Position numbers and translations under genes: made by a program. The notes below the pieces were generated by a model. It saw only the letters and a program-made list of their open reading frames with translations, had not been told where the DNA came from and ran no database searches. Below are positions 37,596 to 46,865 of a stretch of 64,000 nt of DNA, piece by piece. This stretch comes from a virus (Duplodnaviria; Caudoviricetes), in the IMG/VR virus record IMGVR_UViG_2816332632_000001, positions 1 through 64,000 of that record. One strand, 5' to 3'. Position 1 is the stretch's first letter. Each line of letters starts with the position of its first letter.

Positions 37596-38441
37596 CTAGT
37601 AGCCGGACGCCTGTGCTGCTGCGGCCGCCAGCGCGTCGGCGGGGGCCGCCGGTGCTGCGGCCTGCTGCGCGTAGGCGGCGTCGGCGGGTGCCGGCGTCCA
37701 TGTGGGCGGTCCGGCGGGTGCCTGCGGTGCCTGCTGCGGGGCGGCGGGCGGCTGGGCGTACGCCGGTGCCTGCGGTGCGGGGGGTGCGGCCTGGGCGGGT
37801 GCTCCACCGCCCCATGCGGGCGGCGCGGACGGTGCCGCGGGAGCCGGGGCGGCGGCGCGAGCGCCAGCAGCCTTCGGGACGTACCCGGCGACGAGGTTGC
37901 CGTGGTCGTCCAGCCACGGGACGCGCACGGGCGTCTGCGGCGTGGCGTTGATGTCGCCCGGCGCGTCGAAGAAGTCGACCTCGTTGTAGCCGAGGGGGTT
38001 GAAGGCGTCCGGCTCCTTCGGTGCGCCGAGCTTGATGGTCAGCGGCTTGCCGCCGATGTCGGACGGGCCGGGAAGCTGGCCGGTGATGAGGAGGTCGCGG
38101 GACCAGCCCATCGCCTTCTCCCAGAAGTCCCAGAATCCGCGGGCCGGTGCGCCCTGGGGGTTCTTCTCGGTGGGAGCGAACCTCGTGAAGAGCGGGACGC
38201 GGACGAAGAACGACCTCTTGCGGCCGGTGGGCGACTCGTCGACGATCTGCACCTGAATGCGGACCACCTGCTTGTTCGCGTTGCCGCCACTGCCACCGAA
38301 CTTCTCGGTGCCGACGACCTTGGCGACGTACGCCTGGTACGCGCCAGCCGGGAGCGGGGGGAACCCTCCACTACCGCCCTTGGCCGCCTCTTCGGCAGCC
38401 TCGGCAGCGCGAGGGTCAATCTCTGCTACGAATCCAGTCAA
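37596..38441 (-). CDS. Single-stranded DNA-binding protein with Pro/Ala tail
   Basis: FPPLPAGAYQAYV OB-fold start; beside AAA and Cas4-like genes. Confidence 0.7.
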   Translation of the reverse strand: MTGFVAEIDPRAAEAAEEAAKGGSGGFPPLPAGAYQAYVAKVVGTEKFGGSGGNANKQVVRIQVQIVDESPTGRKRSFFVRVPLFTRFAPTEKNPQGAPARGFWDFWEKAMGWSRDLLITGQLPGPSDIGGKPLTIKLGAPKEPDAFNPLGYNEVDFFDAPGDINATPQTPVRVPWLDDHGNLVAGYVPKAAGARAAAPAPAAPSAPPAWGGGAPAQAAPPAPQAPAYAQPPAAPQQAPQAPAGPPTWTPAPADAAYAQQAAAPAAPADALAAAAAQASGY

Positions 38442-38458
38442 TGGTGTTCCTCCTTTGG

Positions 38459-39400
38459 TTAGGCCGCGACCGCGGCCGGGTTGGTGGTGGTGGGTGCGGT
38501 TGCCTCGGGGCGAACGCCGAGGGTCATGCGGGTCTGCGGAAGCGGCTTGCGCGCGACCTTGGCGTCGATGATGTCCCAGAGCTCGAGCAGGTCGAAGTTG
38601 TAGAGCTTCGACGGCAGGAGGTAGCGGTTCTTCGACGCGAACGACTCGGACTCGCCGACGGTGGCGACGAGTTCGGTCTCATTGGTCGCCGGGTTCTTCT
38701 CGTAGTCGAGGTAGGCGACGATGGTGGGGATGGTGGCGAACGATTCCTTGAAGCCGCCCTGGAGCGCCGGCATCGTCTTCACTCCGCCGGTCTTCTCCTC
38801 GACCTCCTTCGGGTGGGCGACGAACCCTCCGGTGAACCGCGGGGAGTTGTGCATGAGGCGGATCATCTCGTCGCTCCAGCGCGAGATCTCCCCCCACGCA
38901 CCGCGGGTGTCGAGGACGCCCTTGTCGCTGTACGTCGTGGCCAGGAAGTGCTTGGCCGCGACCGACTGGATGAGGTTGACCGTGTCGAGCACGACGAGGT
39001 CGTAGCCGAAGTCGGGGATGTTCGGGTTGGGCTCGATGTGGCCGTACGGGGTGCGCCAGCATCCGGCGAGCTCGAGGATGGTTGCCTCGACCTCGGCGAC
39101 GATCGACGATGGCGACGAGGTGGTGGTGTCGATGGGGAAGATTTCGATTCGCCCCTCCTCGACGGCGCGCATCGTGTTGTCGTCGTTCGCGAAGACCTCG
39201 GTGCCGTTGTCGGCGTCCAGGAACAGGGACTTGCGGAAGCGGGGCGTGGCGGCGAGTTTGCCGAATGCGGAGCTCTTGCGGGTGTCGGTCGGGCCGTAGA
39301 GCGCGATGCTCTTGGGCGGACCGACGTGCTCGGCCTTCGTGAACTTGCCTGCGAAGCTCGGTGCTGGCGGGGCCGGAATGGCGGGTGTGGTTGTGGTCAT
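38459..39400 (-). CDS. AAA ATPase (Sak4-like)
   Basis: LYGPTDTRKS, LDADNG, VVLDT, AH, SKNR. Confidence 0.8.
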   Translation of the reverse strand: MTTTTPAIPAPPAPSFAGKFTKAEHVGPPKSIALYGPTDTRKSSAFGKLAATPRFRKSLFLDADNGTEVFANDDNTMRAVEEGRIEIFPIDTTTSSPSSIVAEVEATILELAGCWRTPYGHIEPNPNIPDFGYDLVVLDTVNLIQSVAAKHFLATTYSDKGVLDTRGAWGEISRWSDEMIRLMHNSPRFTGGFVAHPKEVEEKTGGVKTMPALQGGFKESFATIPTIVAYLDYEKNPATNETELVATVGESESFASKNRYLLPSKLYNFDLLELWDIIDAKVARKPLPQTRMTLGVRPEATAPTTTNPAAVAA

Positions 39401-39444
39401 GTGTGTTTCCTCCTCGGATCAGTTTAGCGGACTAATTGGCACAT

Positions 39445-40386
39445 TTAAGCAGCTAAATCGAAGCTGACCTCAATGTCGATGTCGGGGACGGGCGCGACGG
39501 CGGGTGAGATCTCGCCCTTGCCGTCCTGTTCGCAGGCGAAGCAGAGTGCGTGCGACTCGAAGTCAGTCGGCTTGCCGCCGGCCTCGAGGTGACTGAAAAT
39601 GCGCTGCCCGCGGTCGATGAGCCACTCGGCGTAAGCCTGGTCGTAGTCGAACGACATCACGTGGATGTCGTGCACGGCCGTCGGGTCGTCGTATCGCTGG
39701 CCAGCCGGGTTGTCGAACCACCCGGTTCCGTCACGGGCGATGAAGACGAGCGAGGCGCGCTTGCGGCCCGAGCCGTGCATGTAGAGGTTCTGCTGGCCGT
39801 AGTAGCCGGTGACCTTGTAGGCCATCTTCTCCATCTCGGTGGCGTACTCCTTATCGGAGAGCTTCACCCAAGTGCGGCGGCGGCCGAAGGTCGGCTCGAG
39901 ACCCTGCTGGATCTGCATGTAGTCGATGAGAATGCAGATCTTCTTGCGGGTCGAGCCCTTCCAGTCGACAAGCTGGAGCGCGGACAGCAGGAGGTCGATC
40001 GTCCCGCCGACCGGGCCGTAGCCAGCGATGTCGGCGAAGTAGGTGTGGACCTCCGGCTTGGCGTCGGGGTTGAGGCCGATGAGCGCGGCCATCTGCCTGC
40101 GCATCTCTGCGGTCCCGGCTTCGTTGAGGTCGTCGTTGTCGACGAGCTCGTTGACCCTCTGTTCGAGGATCGAGTGGAATGCTGTTCCGAGCACTCGCCC
40201 CATCCAGGCGCGGTCCGTGATCGGAGTGGACCGGTCGTCGCCTAGGAAGTTGAAAGCGAGGCAGCGGTCGCAACCGTTCGACAGGTTCGACGCGCCGATC
40301 CTGACCTGCTTGTCGCGGCTGGTGGGCGCCTTGAGGAGGCTGATCGCCAGGTGGCGGATCTCCTCGTCCGTGTAGATGTCGGTCAC
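39445..40386 (-). CDS. Cas4-like/RecB exonuclease
   Basis: IGAS...CDRC, GTAFH, GTIDL...DWK, QQNLY, CFAC. Confidence 0.85.
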   Translation of the reverse strand: MTDIYTDEEIRHLAISLLKAPTSRDKQVRIGASNLSNGCDRCLAFNFLGDDRSTPITDRAWMGRVLGTAFHSILEQRVNELVDNDDLNEAGTAEMRRQMAALIGLNPDAKPEVHTYFADIAGYGPVGGTIDLLLSALQLVDWKGSTRKKICILIDYMQIQQGLEPTFGRRRTWVKLSDKEYATEMEKMAYKVTGYYGQQNLYMHGSGRKRASLVFIARDGTGWFDNPAGQRYDDPTAVHDIHVMSFDYDQAYAEWLIDRGQRIFSHLEAGGKPTDFESHALCFACEQDGKGEISPAVAPVPDIDIEVSFDLAA

Positions 40387-40544
40387 GACGTCTCTCCCTT
40401 CATGTCGATGGTGGAACCGGTCAGCGGTGCGGGGCGCGGCCCGCTGACCGGTCTTCTTTTCTGGTGCCTTGACTTGTTCACGATCTCTCCCTCCTGGTTG
40501 GTACAAGAAGATTTAATCGCAAATTAGCCACCTAAGTCAAGGGA

Positions 40545-40889
40545 TTAGCTAGCTAATCTTCCAATTTCTTTGTCCGCCATTTGGAGGACACGAAGTTCTC
40601 CCAGGTCAAGCGGGATTTCTTCGAGTATGGGCTTGCCGTCGTCGTAGCCGATCCCGCCCCACACGCCCCAGCCGGGCTTGCTCACCTCTCCGTACTCGCG
40701 GCATAGCTGCCGAATTGGGCATGATGCGCACATCTCCTCAGCCACGGCGGGCTCTGGCGCGACCTCATAGTTCGCGAAGTCCTCTCCCCTCCCGTAGCAG
40801 TTTCTTTTGTGGTCCCAGTCGTTGCGCTTCGCCTCCCGGAGGAGGGCGAAGAACTCGCGACGAACGACGCGCACTCCACGCTTCGGCAC
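40545..40889 (-). CDS. WhiB-family transcription factor
   Basis: C...CASCPIRQLC...GVWGG. Confidence 0.85.
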   Translation of the reverse strand: MPKRGVRVVRREFFALLREAKRNDWDHKRNCYGRGEDFANYEVAPEPAVAEEMCASCPIRQLCREYGEVSKPGWGVWGGIGYDDGKPILEEIPLDLGELRVLQMADKEIGRLAS

Positions 40890-41446
40890 TACCGCGCCTC
40901 CGGCTTCCTGAACACCTTGACGGCGGCCTTGTCGGTAGCGAATGCGAGCAGGAGCGGTGCGCCGCCGGAGATCACGGAGCCGACGATGAGTTGCTGGGGT
41001 GTCGTCGCCGTCGACACGGTCAGGGTGTGCAAGACGTTGGACGCCGCCGAGACGGTCGCGAAGACGGCGATGGCCACCCATGTCCACCTGACGCTCTCGC
41101 CGCGCTCACGCTCGACGAAGAGGGCCACCGTGAAGGCGATGATCGCGACATCGAGCATGACCGGCACGGCGATCTGGAGCCACGGGGACTCCCCCACGGC
41201 CCAGGCCGCCGCCGCGTACAGGCCGGCGAACGACACCGAGAACGATGCGACGGCGAGCAGTGCGACGAGCGACAGCAGGAGTGCGAGGGTGCGTGGCGTG
41301 TCCGCGAAGATCCGCTTGGCGCTGCGAGCAGCCCGCTCCTGCTGGAGTTGAATCTGCTCGCGCTCCGCATTTGACTTGCGGCCCGGCTTCTTCTGCTCCT
41401 TGCGGACGGTCACCGGCTGGTAGACGACCTCCGTAGCGGCGCTCAC
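40889..41446 (-). CDS. DUF2637-like membrane protein
   Basis: SFSVSFAGL, PVMLD, SNVLH; four TM segments. Confidence 0.75.
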   Translation of the reverse strand: MSAATEVVYQPVTVRKEQKKPGRKSNAEREQIQLQQERAARSAKRIFADTPRTLALLLSLVALLAVASFSVSFAGLYAAAAWAVGESPWLQIAVPVMLDVAIIAFTVALFVERERGESVRWTWVAIAVFATVSAASNVLHTLTVSTATTPQQLIVGSVISGGAPLLLAFATDKAAVKVFRKPEAR

Positions 41447-41709
41447 TCCTCGACCTCCCTGGCGGTCTCGGTGAGGACGTCGGCGATGCGCTCGATTGCG
41501 TCCGAGTCGGACGTGGTCGCGTCGTCTCCGGCGCAGCGCTCGGTCCAGGCGATGATTGCGCGGAGTCGGGAGACGATCTCCGCGTTCTGCCGATCTTCGA
41601 GGTGTGCCTCGTACGCCTCTACGGACACGTCGATGCCTGCGAGAGTGCGCTCTTCGCGCCACTCCCGGAAGTCGTCGATCGCCTGGAGCTTGTCTGTGAT
41701 GCTGGTCAT
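41443..41709 (-). CDS. Hypothetical protein
   Basis: Coupled ORF. Confidence 0.6.
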   Translation of the reverse strand: MTSITDKLQAIDDFREWREERTLAGIDVSVEAYEAHLEDRQNAEIVSRLRAIIAWTERCAGDDATTSDSDAIERIADVLTETAREVEE

Positions 41710-41915
41710 GCGGCCATCCTTTCTCGATAGCTGGGGATCTCTTTGTCTCGGCGGTGTCGCCACACGGTCTGGTCGGCGATGCCGAGTCTCCTGGCGATCT
41801 CGGCGTCGCTCAGCGGCTCCTTGAGGAGCGTGTCGATGGCGTCGTGAGTCTCCTCACTGAGCCAGGCGTCCATGCGGCCGGATGTGCCGCGTTCGCTCCT
41901 GACGCCTCCGCTCAA
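41706..41915 (-). CDS. Small HTH protein
   Basis: SDAEIARRLGIADQTVWRHR. Confidence 0.75.
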   Translation of the reverse strand: MSGGVRSERGTSGRMDAWLSEETHDAIDTLLKEPLSDAEIARRLGIADQTVWRHRRDKEIPSYRERMAA

Positions 41916-43399
41916 CGCTGCGCCGCCAGTGTCGAGCGAACGTCTGCGAACGACTGGTACCGGATGAAGGCGCCATCCTCCCAGACCGGCTGTAGCTCCG
42001 AAACGCTCTCCAGTTCCGGGCTCGCCTCCTGGAGGAGCATGAGCTCTCCAGCGTTGCGCACGACCGCGAGGCGGCCAGTGGCGGACTTCTTCATGCCAGA
42101 GTCAGTGACCGGGTTCTTCTGGATGTTGCGGCCTTCGCCGTCGATCTCCACCCAGGTCGCCTTGATGGCGCTCATGAACGTGTCGCGGGTCTGGTACTGG
42201 TAGGTGTAGGAGCCGACGCCGAAGACGATGTTGGTTGACGCGAATCCCTTCGCCTCCAGCCTCTTGACGATGTCAGCCGCTCGCTCGCGAGTGATGCTGT
42301 CACCGTAGATCGCGCCGACGTGCGGGTCGAGGGTGCGGAACCACTGGCCAGCGCCCGATCGCTCGCCCTTGACGCGCTCGCCAGGATATCGGTCGTAGAG
42401 GAGCTCGATCAGCCCCTTCTCCGCGGCCGTGCGTCCGGCTCCAAAGTTCCGTTCCGTGCCGCAGATGATGTCGGCAGGGTCGCCGGAGTCGGGGCGGATG
42501 ACGAGCTTGCCGTCACGCTCCATGATCTCGGAGTAGAGCTTCGGCAGGATGCGAGTGACCACGTTCCACAGATCCCAGGTGTCGGACACGATGGACACGA
42601 TTCCCGTCGGGTAAAGCGAGAGGAGGCGGCGATACGTTTCGAGCTCGTCGTCCTGCCCGCCGGCGCACATGACGGAGTGCTCGGTGGCCGGGACCGAGGC
42701 GAGCACGAGGCCGTTGTCGCCCCTGTAGTACCGCTCGATCCACTCCAGCGATGCGAGCGAGTCGGAGCCGGTGAAGGAGAGGAGGTGGCCTGCGCCGGAT
42801 GCGGCAGCCGACTCCGTGCCCGACATGCCCCTGTAGGAGAAGTCGTGGAGCTGGAAGTCGACGCCGTCGGTAGATCCGGTGGTGGTCAGCGCGGCGTCGT
42901 CGAGAAGCTTGCGGTACTCGTGAGCGAGGGTGGCGCTCGTCGACGGCCCCCACACGGATGCCGAGAGCACAGTCTCGATGTAGTTGGTCAGCCAGAAGAA
43001 CTCCGGGAGCGTGTTCTCCACCGTGAACGACGGCACGCGCAGCGGCACGAGTGTTCCCTCGGGGACCGCGCAGAAGCGCAGCGGGAGGTAGCCGAGGCGA
43101 TGCAGTGCCCGGATGTGGTCGGTGCCGACGGCGTTGGGGCCGAGGATCGAGTTGACGCGCGCCTCGTACTCGGCCACCACGGCATCCTCGTCGGCGGCGA
43201 AGAACGACTCGAATGCGTCCGTGCAGTACCGCTGGAGGAACGCCTGGAGCCCGAAGTGCACGACGTGGTCGACGCCGTCGATGCGGGAGCCGCGGTTGGT
43301 GAAGTTGGAGTAGACGCGGGTTGTGCCCTCGGGGTACTGGCGGCGGTGGTCGAGCTTGTAGGCGTCGGTCTCGAAGAGTGCTGCGGTTGCGGTGGTCAT
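41912..43399 (-). CDS. Nicotinamide phosphoribosyltransferase homologue (Namat-like, NARP1)
   Basis: TDAYKLDH, HDFSYRG, PATEHSV, VSDTWD, IRPDSGDP, YGDSIT, KKSATG. Confidence 0.92.
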   Translation of the reverse strand: MTTATAALFETDAYKLDHRRQYPEGTTRVYSNFTNRGSRIDGVDHVVHFGLQAFLQRYCTDAFESFFAADEDAVVAEYEARVNSILGPNAVGTDHIRALHRLGYLPLRFCAVPEGTLVPLRVPSFTVENTLPEFFWLTNYIETVLSASVWGPSTSATLAHEYRKLLDDAALTTTGSTDGVDFQLHDFSYRGMSGTESAAASGAGHLLSFTGSDSLASLEWIERYYRGDNGLVLASVPATEHSVMCAGGQDDELETYRRLLSLYPTGIVSIVSDTWDLWNVVTRILPKLYSEIMERDGKLVIRPDSGDPADIICGTERNFGAGRTAAEKGLIELLYDRYPGERVKGERSGAGQWFRTLDPHVGAIYGDSITRERAADIVKRLEAKGFASTNIVFGVGSYTYQYQTRDTFMSAIKATWVEIDGEGRNIQKNPVTDSGMKKSATGRLAVVRNAGELMLLQEASPELESVSELQPVWEDGAFIRYQSFADVRSTLAAQR

Positions 43400-44271
43400 C
43401 GGGTGGCTCCGTTCAGGTAGGGGGCGAGTGGGATGGTGGTGAGGTAGCCGCGGCTGGCCATGTACTCGGCCGCCTCCGACTCGGGGAACGAGTCCGTCGT
43501 CCAGATGTGGTCGAAGTGGTTGACGAGCTCGTGGGCACCACCCGAGAACACGCCATGCGTGACGAACAGGCCGAGCCGGTCGAGGTCCAGGCCGGTCGCT
43601 TCGGCGAGCCCGATGAACGTGCCGCCTCCGTCGCAGATGTCGTCGACGACGAGCAGCTTCCCCTCGTCCGGCAGGGGCTCGCAGGAGAAGCCGGACAGCT
43701 TCCCGGTGTCCGAGTCGCGGTGCTTCTCCGCCTGGTACAGCGGGAGTCCGCAGATGTCGGCCACATACTTCGCTCGCTCACGCGCACCCTTGTCCGGGGC
43801 GATGATGCCCGCGAACCGCTGCGCCTTCACGTCGGAGTCCGGTCTGCCAACCACGTGGCGGCGAATGATGGGGGCCGCGTCGGTGACGGTGAGCCGCTCG
43901 ACCAGGTGCTCCATGACGGGCGAGTGGACGTCGACGGCCTGGATGCGGTCGATGGCGAGGTTGTTCAGGAACCGTGCGTACACGGCTGCCCCGAACGGTA
44001 GGCCACGGTCCTGGCGTGCGCCGGGGAGGTACGGGATCTGGGCGATGGTGACCGCGCCGCGCTGGTGTGCGGCGTCGGCCCACATGGCGAGGGTGAAGAG
44101 GTCGTCGGCGTCAGAGCCGTGGATGCGCGCGATCTCGGTGAGCTTGCCGTAGCCGGTGTTCTCGTTGGCGACCTTGACATGCGACTCCCCGGCGGGGAAC
44201 CGCATCGCCTCGAAGGTCGGCTCGGGTGCGATGAAGCCGGGGCCGATGCGGGTCTCGAACGTGATGGTCAT
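43396..44271 (-). CDS. PRPP synthetase homologue (Adps-like, NARP1)
   Basis: FPAGE, PYLPGARQDR, DVHS, APDKGA, VVDDICDGGGTF. Confidence 0.92.
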   Translation of the reverse strand: MTITFETRIGPGFIAPEPTFEAMRFPAGESHVKVANENTGYGKLTEIARIHGSDADDLFTLAMWADAAHQRGAVTIAQIPYLPGARQDRGLPFGAAVYARFLNNLAIDRIQAVDVHSPVMEHLVERLTVTDAAPIIRRHVVGRPDSDVKAQRFAGIIAPDKGARERAKYVADICGLPLYQAEKHRDSDTGKLSGFSCEPLPDEGKLLVVDDICDGGGTFIGLAEATGLDLDRLGLFVTHGVFSGGAHELVNHFDHIWTTDSFPESEAAEYMASRGYLTTIPLAPYLNGATR

Positions 44272-44477
44272 GCGGTACCCCCAGACCAAATCCAGCAAAC
44301 CAGCAGGATTATCCCTAGGGACAGTCCCATCACCAGCGCGGAAATCAGGAACGCCAAGAGGGATGCCGCGAGAGTTTCGATCGCATCCTCGCCCTCCTGC
44401 CAGGTTCGCTTTGCGATGAACCCCGTGATGGCGAGCACGAGGATGAGCGCAAGCAGGATCAGAGCGCCCTCGATCAT
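44268..44477 (-). CDS. Small membrane protein
   Basis: Two TM helices, start MIEGAL. Confidence 0.6.
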   Translation of the reverse strand: MIEGALILLALILVLAITGFIAKRTWQEGEDAIETLAASLLAFLISALVMGLSLGIILLVCWIWSGGTA

Positions 44478-45778
44478 GCGGCCACCAGGCTTCCCTCGGC
44501 CTCGAGGTCGACGGCGTCCTGGTCGAGCATCTTGGTTTCGTGCTGGAGGAAGATCGGCGACTTGGCCTTGAGCAGGAACGGTGCCCACCCATCGGCGCGA
44601 ACGACCACGCCCTCGTCGACAAACCGCTTGGGCAGCGGGACGACGTCGAGGATTGGGTACTTCGCCTCGCCGAGAGTCTGGCCGTTGATGCTGAGGTTCT
44701 TGTCGATCCAGTAGTCCACATCGAACTCAGCGTGCCGCCCACTCCACAACTCGGGCACGTACTTGAGCCCGCGCTCCGTGGCGAACGCCTTCACCTGCGG
44801 CCACGAGAGGTCGACGAGCATCCCGCCGTTGGTGACCACGGCGACGCGGTAGATGTAGAGCTCTGCCGCGCCCTGCGGCAGGTCGTATGTGTAGTCCTTT
44901 TGGATGGGCGCGCCATCCGGGGTCCAGCCGATGAGTTCGCCGTAGACGACGAAATTCTCCGGGATCATGTCGTCGAGGGTGCGGCCGAAGTCGGTCCAGA
45001 TGTCGGAGCCGTAGAAGTGGTTCTGGTTCGGGTTGTTCGGGTCTTTGATGACCTTGCGCGAGCCGTACACGTGGTCGTACTCGGTCTCGCGGACGGTCAC
45101 GCCGAGCTTCTTGGCCAGGCGCTCCAGGAAGGAGAGCTTGCGCTTCACGAGCGTATTGGCGATGCGGATGCTGGTGCCGTGGAGCTTCTGCGTGACGACG
45201 ATCTGCTCGTCCGGCGCGATCTTGAACTCGTTGCGCCAGTAGTTCTCGGTGTCGTAGTGCTCCGGCAGGAACTTCTCGTCGACGCGCTTGAAGACCTTCT
45301 CGTGCTTGGCGGTGCGCTCGCGCGGCTCGGCCGGCTGCTTCACGAGGTACTTGCGGCAGATCTCGTGGTCGCCGATCTTGTCGAACGTGTCGCCGACCTC
45401 GAAGTCGCGAAGATCCTCCGGGTGGTTGAGCAGGTAGTCGAGCGAGGTGAGCGGCATGAAGAGCGCGTCGGAGCGGTGGCCGCGGAACTTCATCGCCTTC
45501 ACTCGGCGGTTGTCCTCCAGGTAGCCCTTCACGCGGTCGTCGACGTTCTTCTCGGCGTGGCGGTACAGCCCATTGAATGCGGCGTACTCGTCGGAGAGTT
45601 GCGTCTCGGCCGGGAAGAACAGGCCGATGTCGCCGACCTTGACATCCTTCGACACGATGGCCTGGAGTCCGAACAGCGGGACGCCGACCACGTTGTCGCA
45701 GTTAGCTAGCTGATTGATGGCGTTCACCCTCACGACGACGGCCGCGTAGTTCGGGTTGACGGGTGCTTCGAGTTTCAA
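44474..45778 (-). CDS. ATP-dependent RNA ligase with N-terminal OB domain
   Basis: Motif I TQKLHGTS, YGELIG, YVP, EGVVVR, LKAK. Confidence 0.85.
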   Translation of the reverse strand: MKLEAPVNPNYAAVVVRVNAINQLANCDNVVGVPLFGLQAIVSKDVKVGDIGLFFPAETQLSDEYAAFNGLYRHAEKNVDDRVKGYLEDNRRVKAMKFRGHRSDALFMPLTSLDYLLNHPEDLRDFEVGDTFDKIGDHEICRKYLVKQPAEPRERTAKHEKVFKRVDEKFLPEHYDTENYWRNEFKIAPDEQIVVTQKLHGTSIRIANTLVKRKLSFLERLAKKLGVTVRETEYDHVYGSRKVIKDPNNPNQNHFYGSDIWTDFGRTLDDMIPENFVVYGELIGWTPDGAPIQKDYTYDLPQGAAELYIYRVAVVTNGGMLVDLSWPQVKAFATERGLKYVPELWSGRHAEFDVDYWIDKNLSINGQTLGEAKYPILDVVPLPKRFVDEGVVVRADGWAPFLLKAKSPIFLQHETKMLDQDAVDLEAEGSLVAA

Positions 45779-45889
45779 AGAGTCCTCCTCAGTTGGTTGT
45801 CCCGCAGCGGGCGCAGCGGAGTTTGCTTGCGGACGAGCGCCAGGCGTGGCCAACCTTCTCGCACCAAAATGCAGTCGCGGTCTTCATGC

Positions 45890-46822
45890 CTAGAAGTCGC
45901 CGTCGGCAACCTGATAGCACTTGAGGCCGATGGCGCGCCACATGGCGACGACACGGTTGCGGTCGTCGAACACGCCGAGCACGTTGTAGCGGCGGCGGAT
46001 GTGCTCGTCGAAGAGCTCGTACTTGACGATGTCGTCGTTGCGCTCGTCGCCGGCCTTCCGCATGAACAGGTGATCGAACGGAACGCCGTTGTCGTGAAGC
46101 CACTGCTCGGTCTCGTCTCGGCAGTCGTCACGACGGCCGGAGACGAGAATGATGGTCGCGTGGTCCCACGCGTAGTGCACCATGCGAAGCACGTTGAGGT
46201 CGATGATGTCCTCGCCGACGCGGCCGTAGTCGTGCCACTCTCGCGGGTTCTCCGGGTCGAGGTGGGCGAGCGTGCCGTCGATGTCGAAGATGTACGCACG
46301 ACGGGCGAAGGTGTCAGGCACGTACCGCTCGAACACGGGGCGGTCGCGCTCAGGGAGGCGCTCGGGCGGGGCGGGCAGCACGCCGCCCGTGCCGCGCACG
46401 TAGCGGTTGTAGAAGTCGCGGATGACCTTCTCGCCGACCGGGTGCTCGCGCTTGCTGTCGCGCTTGATCGCTTCGTCGACCGCGATGGGGAAGTCGCGGA
46501 ACTCGATGGGGCCGACCTCGAGCCACTTGCGCACGTGGCGCGCTCGGAGGTTGGTGTCGTCCACGACGACGTCCTTGCCAGCCTTGAGCGCGCGGCGCGC
46601 GGTGGCGTGCTGGATGGCGGTGATGGCGCCTTCGTTGTCGAAGTCGAAGCGGTAGGGGCCGCCGCCGGTGAACATGCGGCGCAGGTCGTCGCGGTTCAGG
46701 CGGATGCGATTCTCGGGGTCTTCGGCAACCCACTCCTTCGCCCACGTGGACTTGCCGGATGCGGGGATGCCGCGGGTCAGGATAATGCGGCCCTGTCTGG
46801 TGGGCGCGATGGTGTCTGTCAA
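45890..46822 (-). CDS. Polynucleotide 5'-kinase/3'-phosphatase (T4 Pnk-like)
   Basis: GIPASGKST, RDDLR, DDTN, DIDGT, SGR, FDDR. Confidence 0.92.
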   Translation of the reverse strand: MTDTIAPTRQGRIILTRGIPASGKSTWAKEWVAEDPENRIRLNRDDLRRMFTGGGPYRFDFDNEGAITAIQHATARRALKAGKDVVVDDTNLRARHVRKWLEVGPIEFRDFPIAVDEAIKRDSKREHPVGEKVIRDFYNRYVRGTGGVLPAPPERLPERDRPVFERYVPDTFARRAYIFDIDGTLAHLDPENPREWHDYGRVGEDIIDLNVLRMVHYAWDHATIILVSGRRDDCRDETEQWLHDNGVPFDHLFMRKAGDERNDDIVKYELFDEHIRRRYNVLGVFDDRNRVVAMWRAIGLKCYQVADGDF

Positions 46823-46865
46823 ATCTGAATCCTCCAATTCGTGATTAGCTAGCTAAACCCTAGCA

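Noticed and set aside
37596-37900. GC-rich low-complexity repeats
   Set aside because: Encode the Pro/Ala/Gln tail of the SSB-like protein
39445-40386. Cas4-like gene as a sign of CRISPR
   Set aside because: No repeat-spacer array or other cas genes; it sits in an SSB-AAA-exonuclease recombination module
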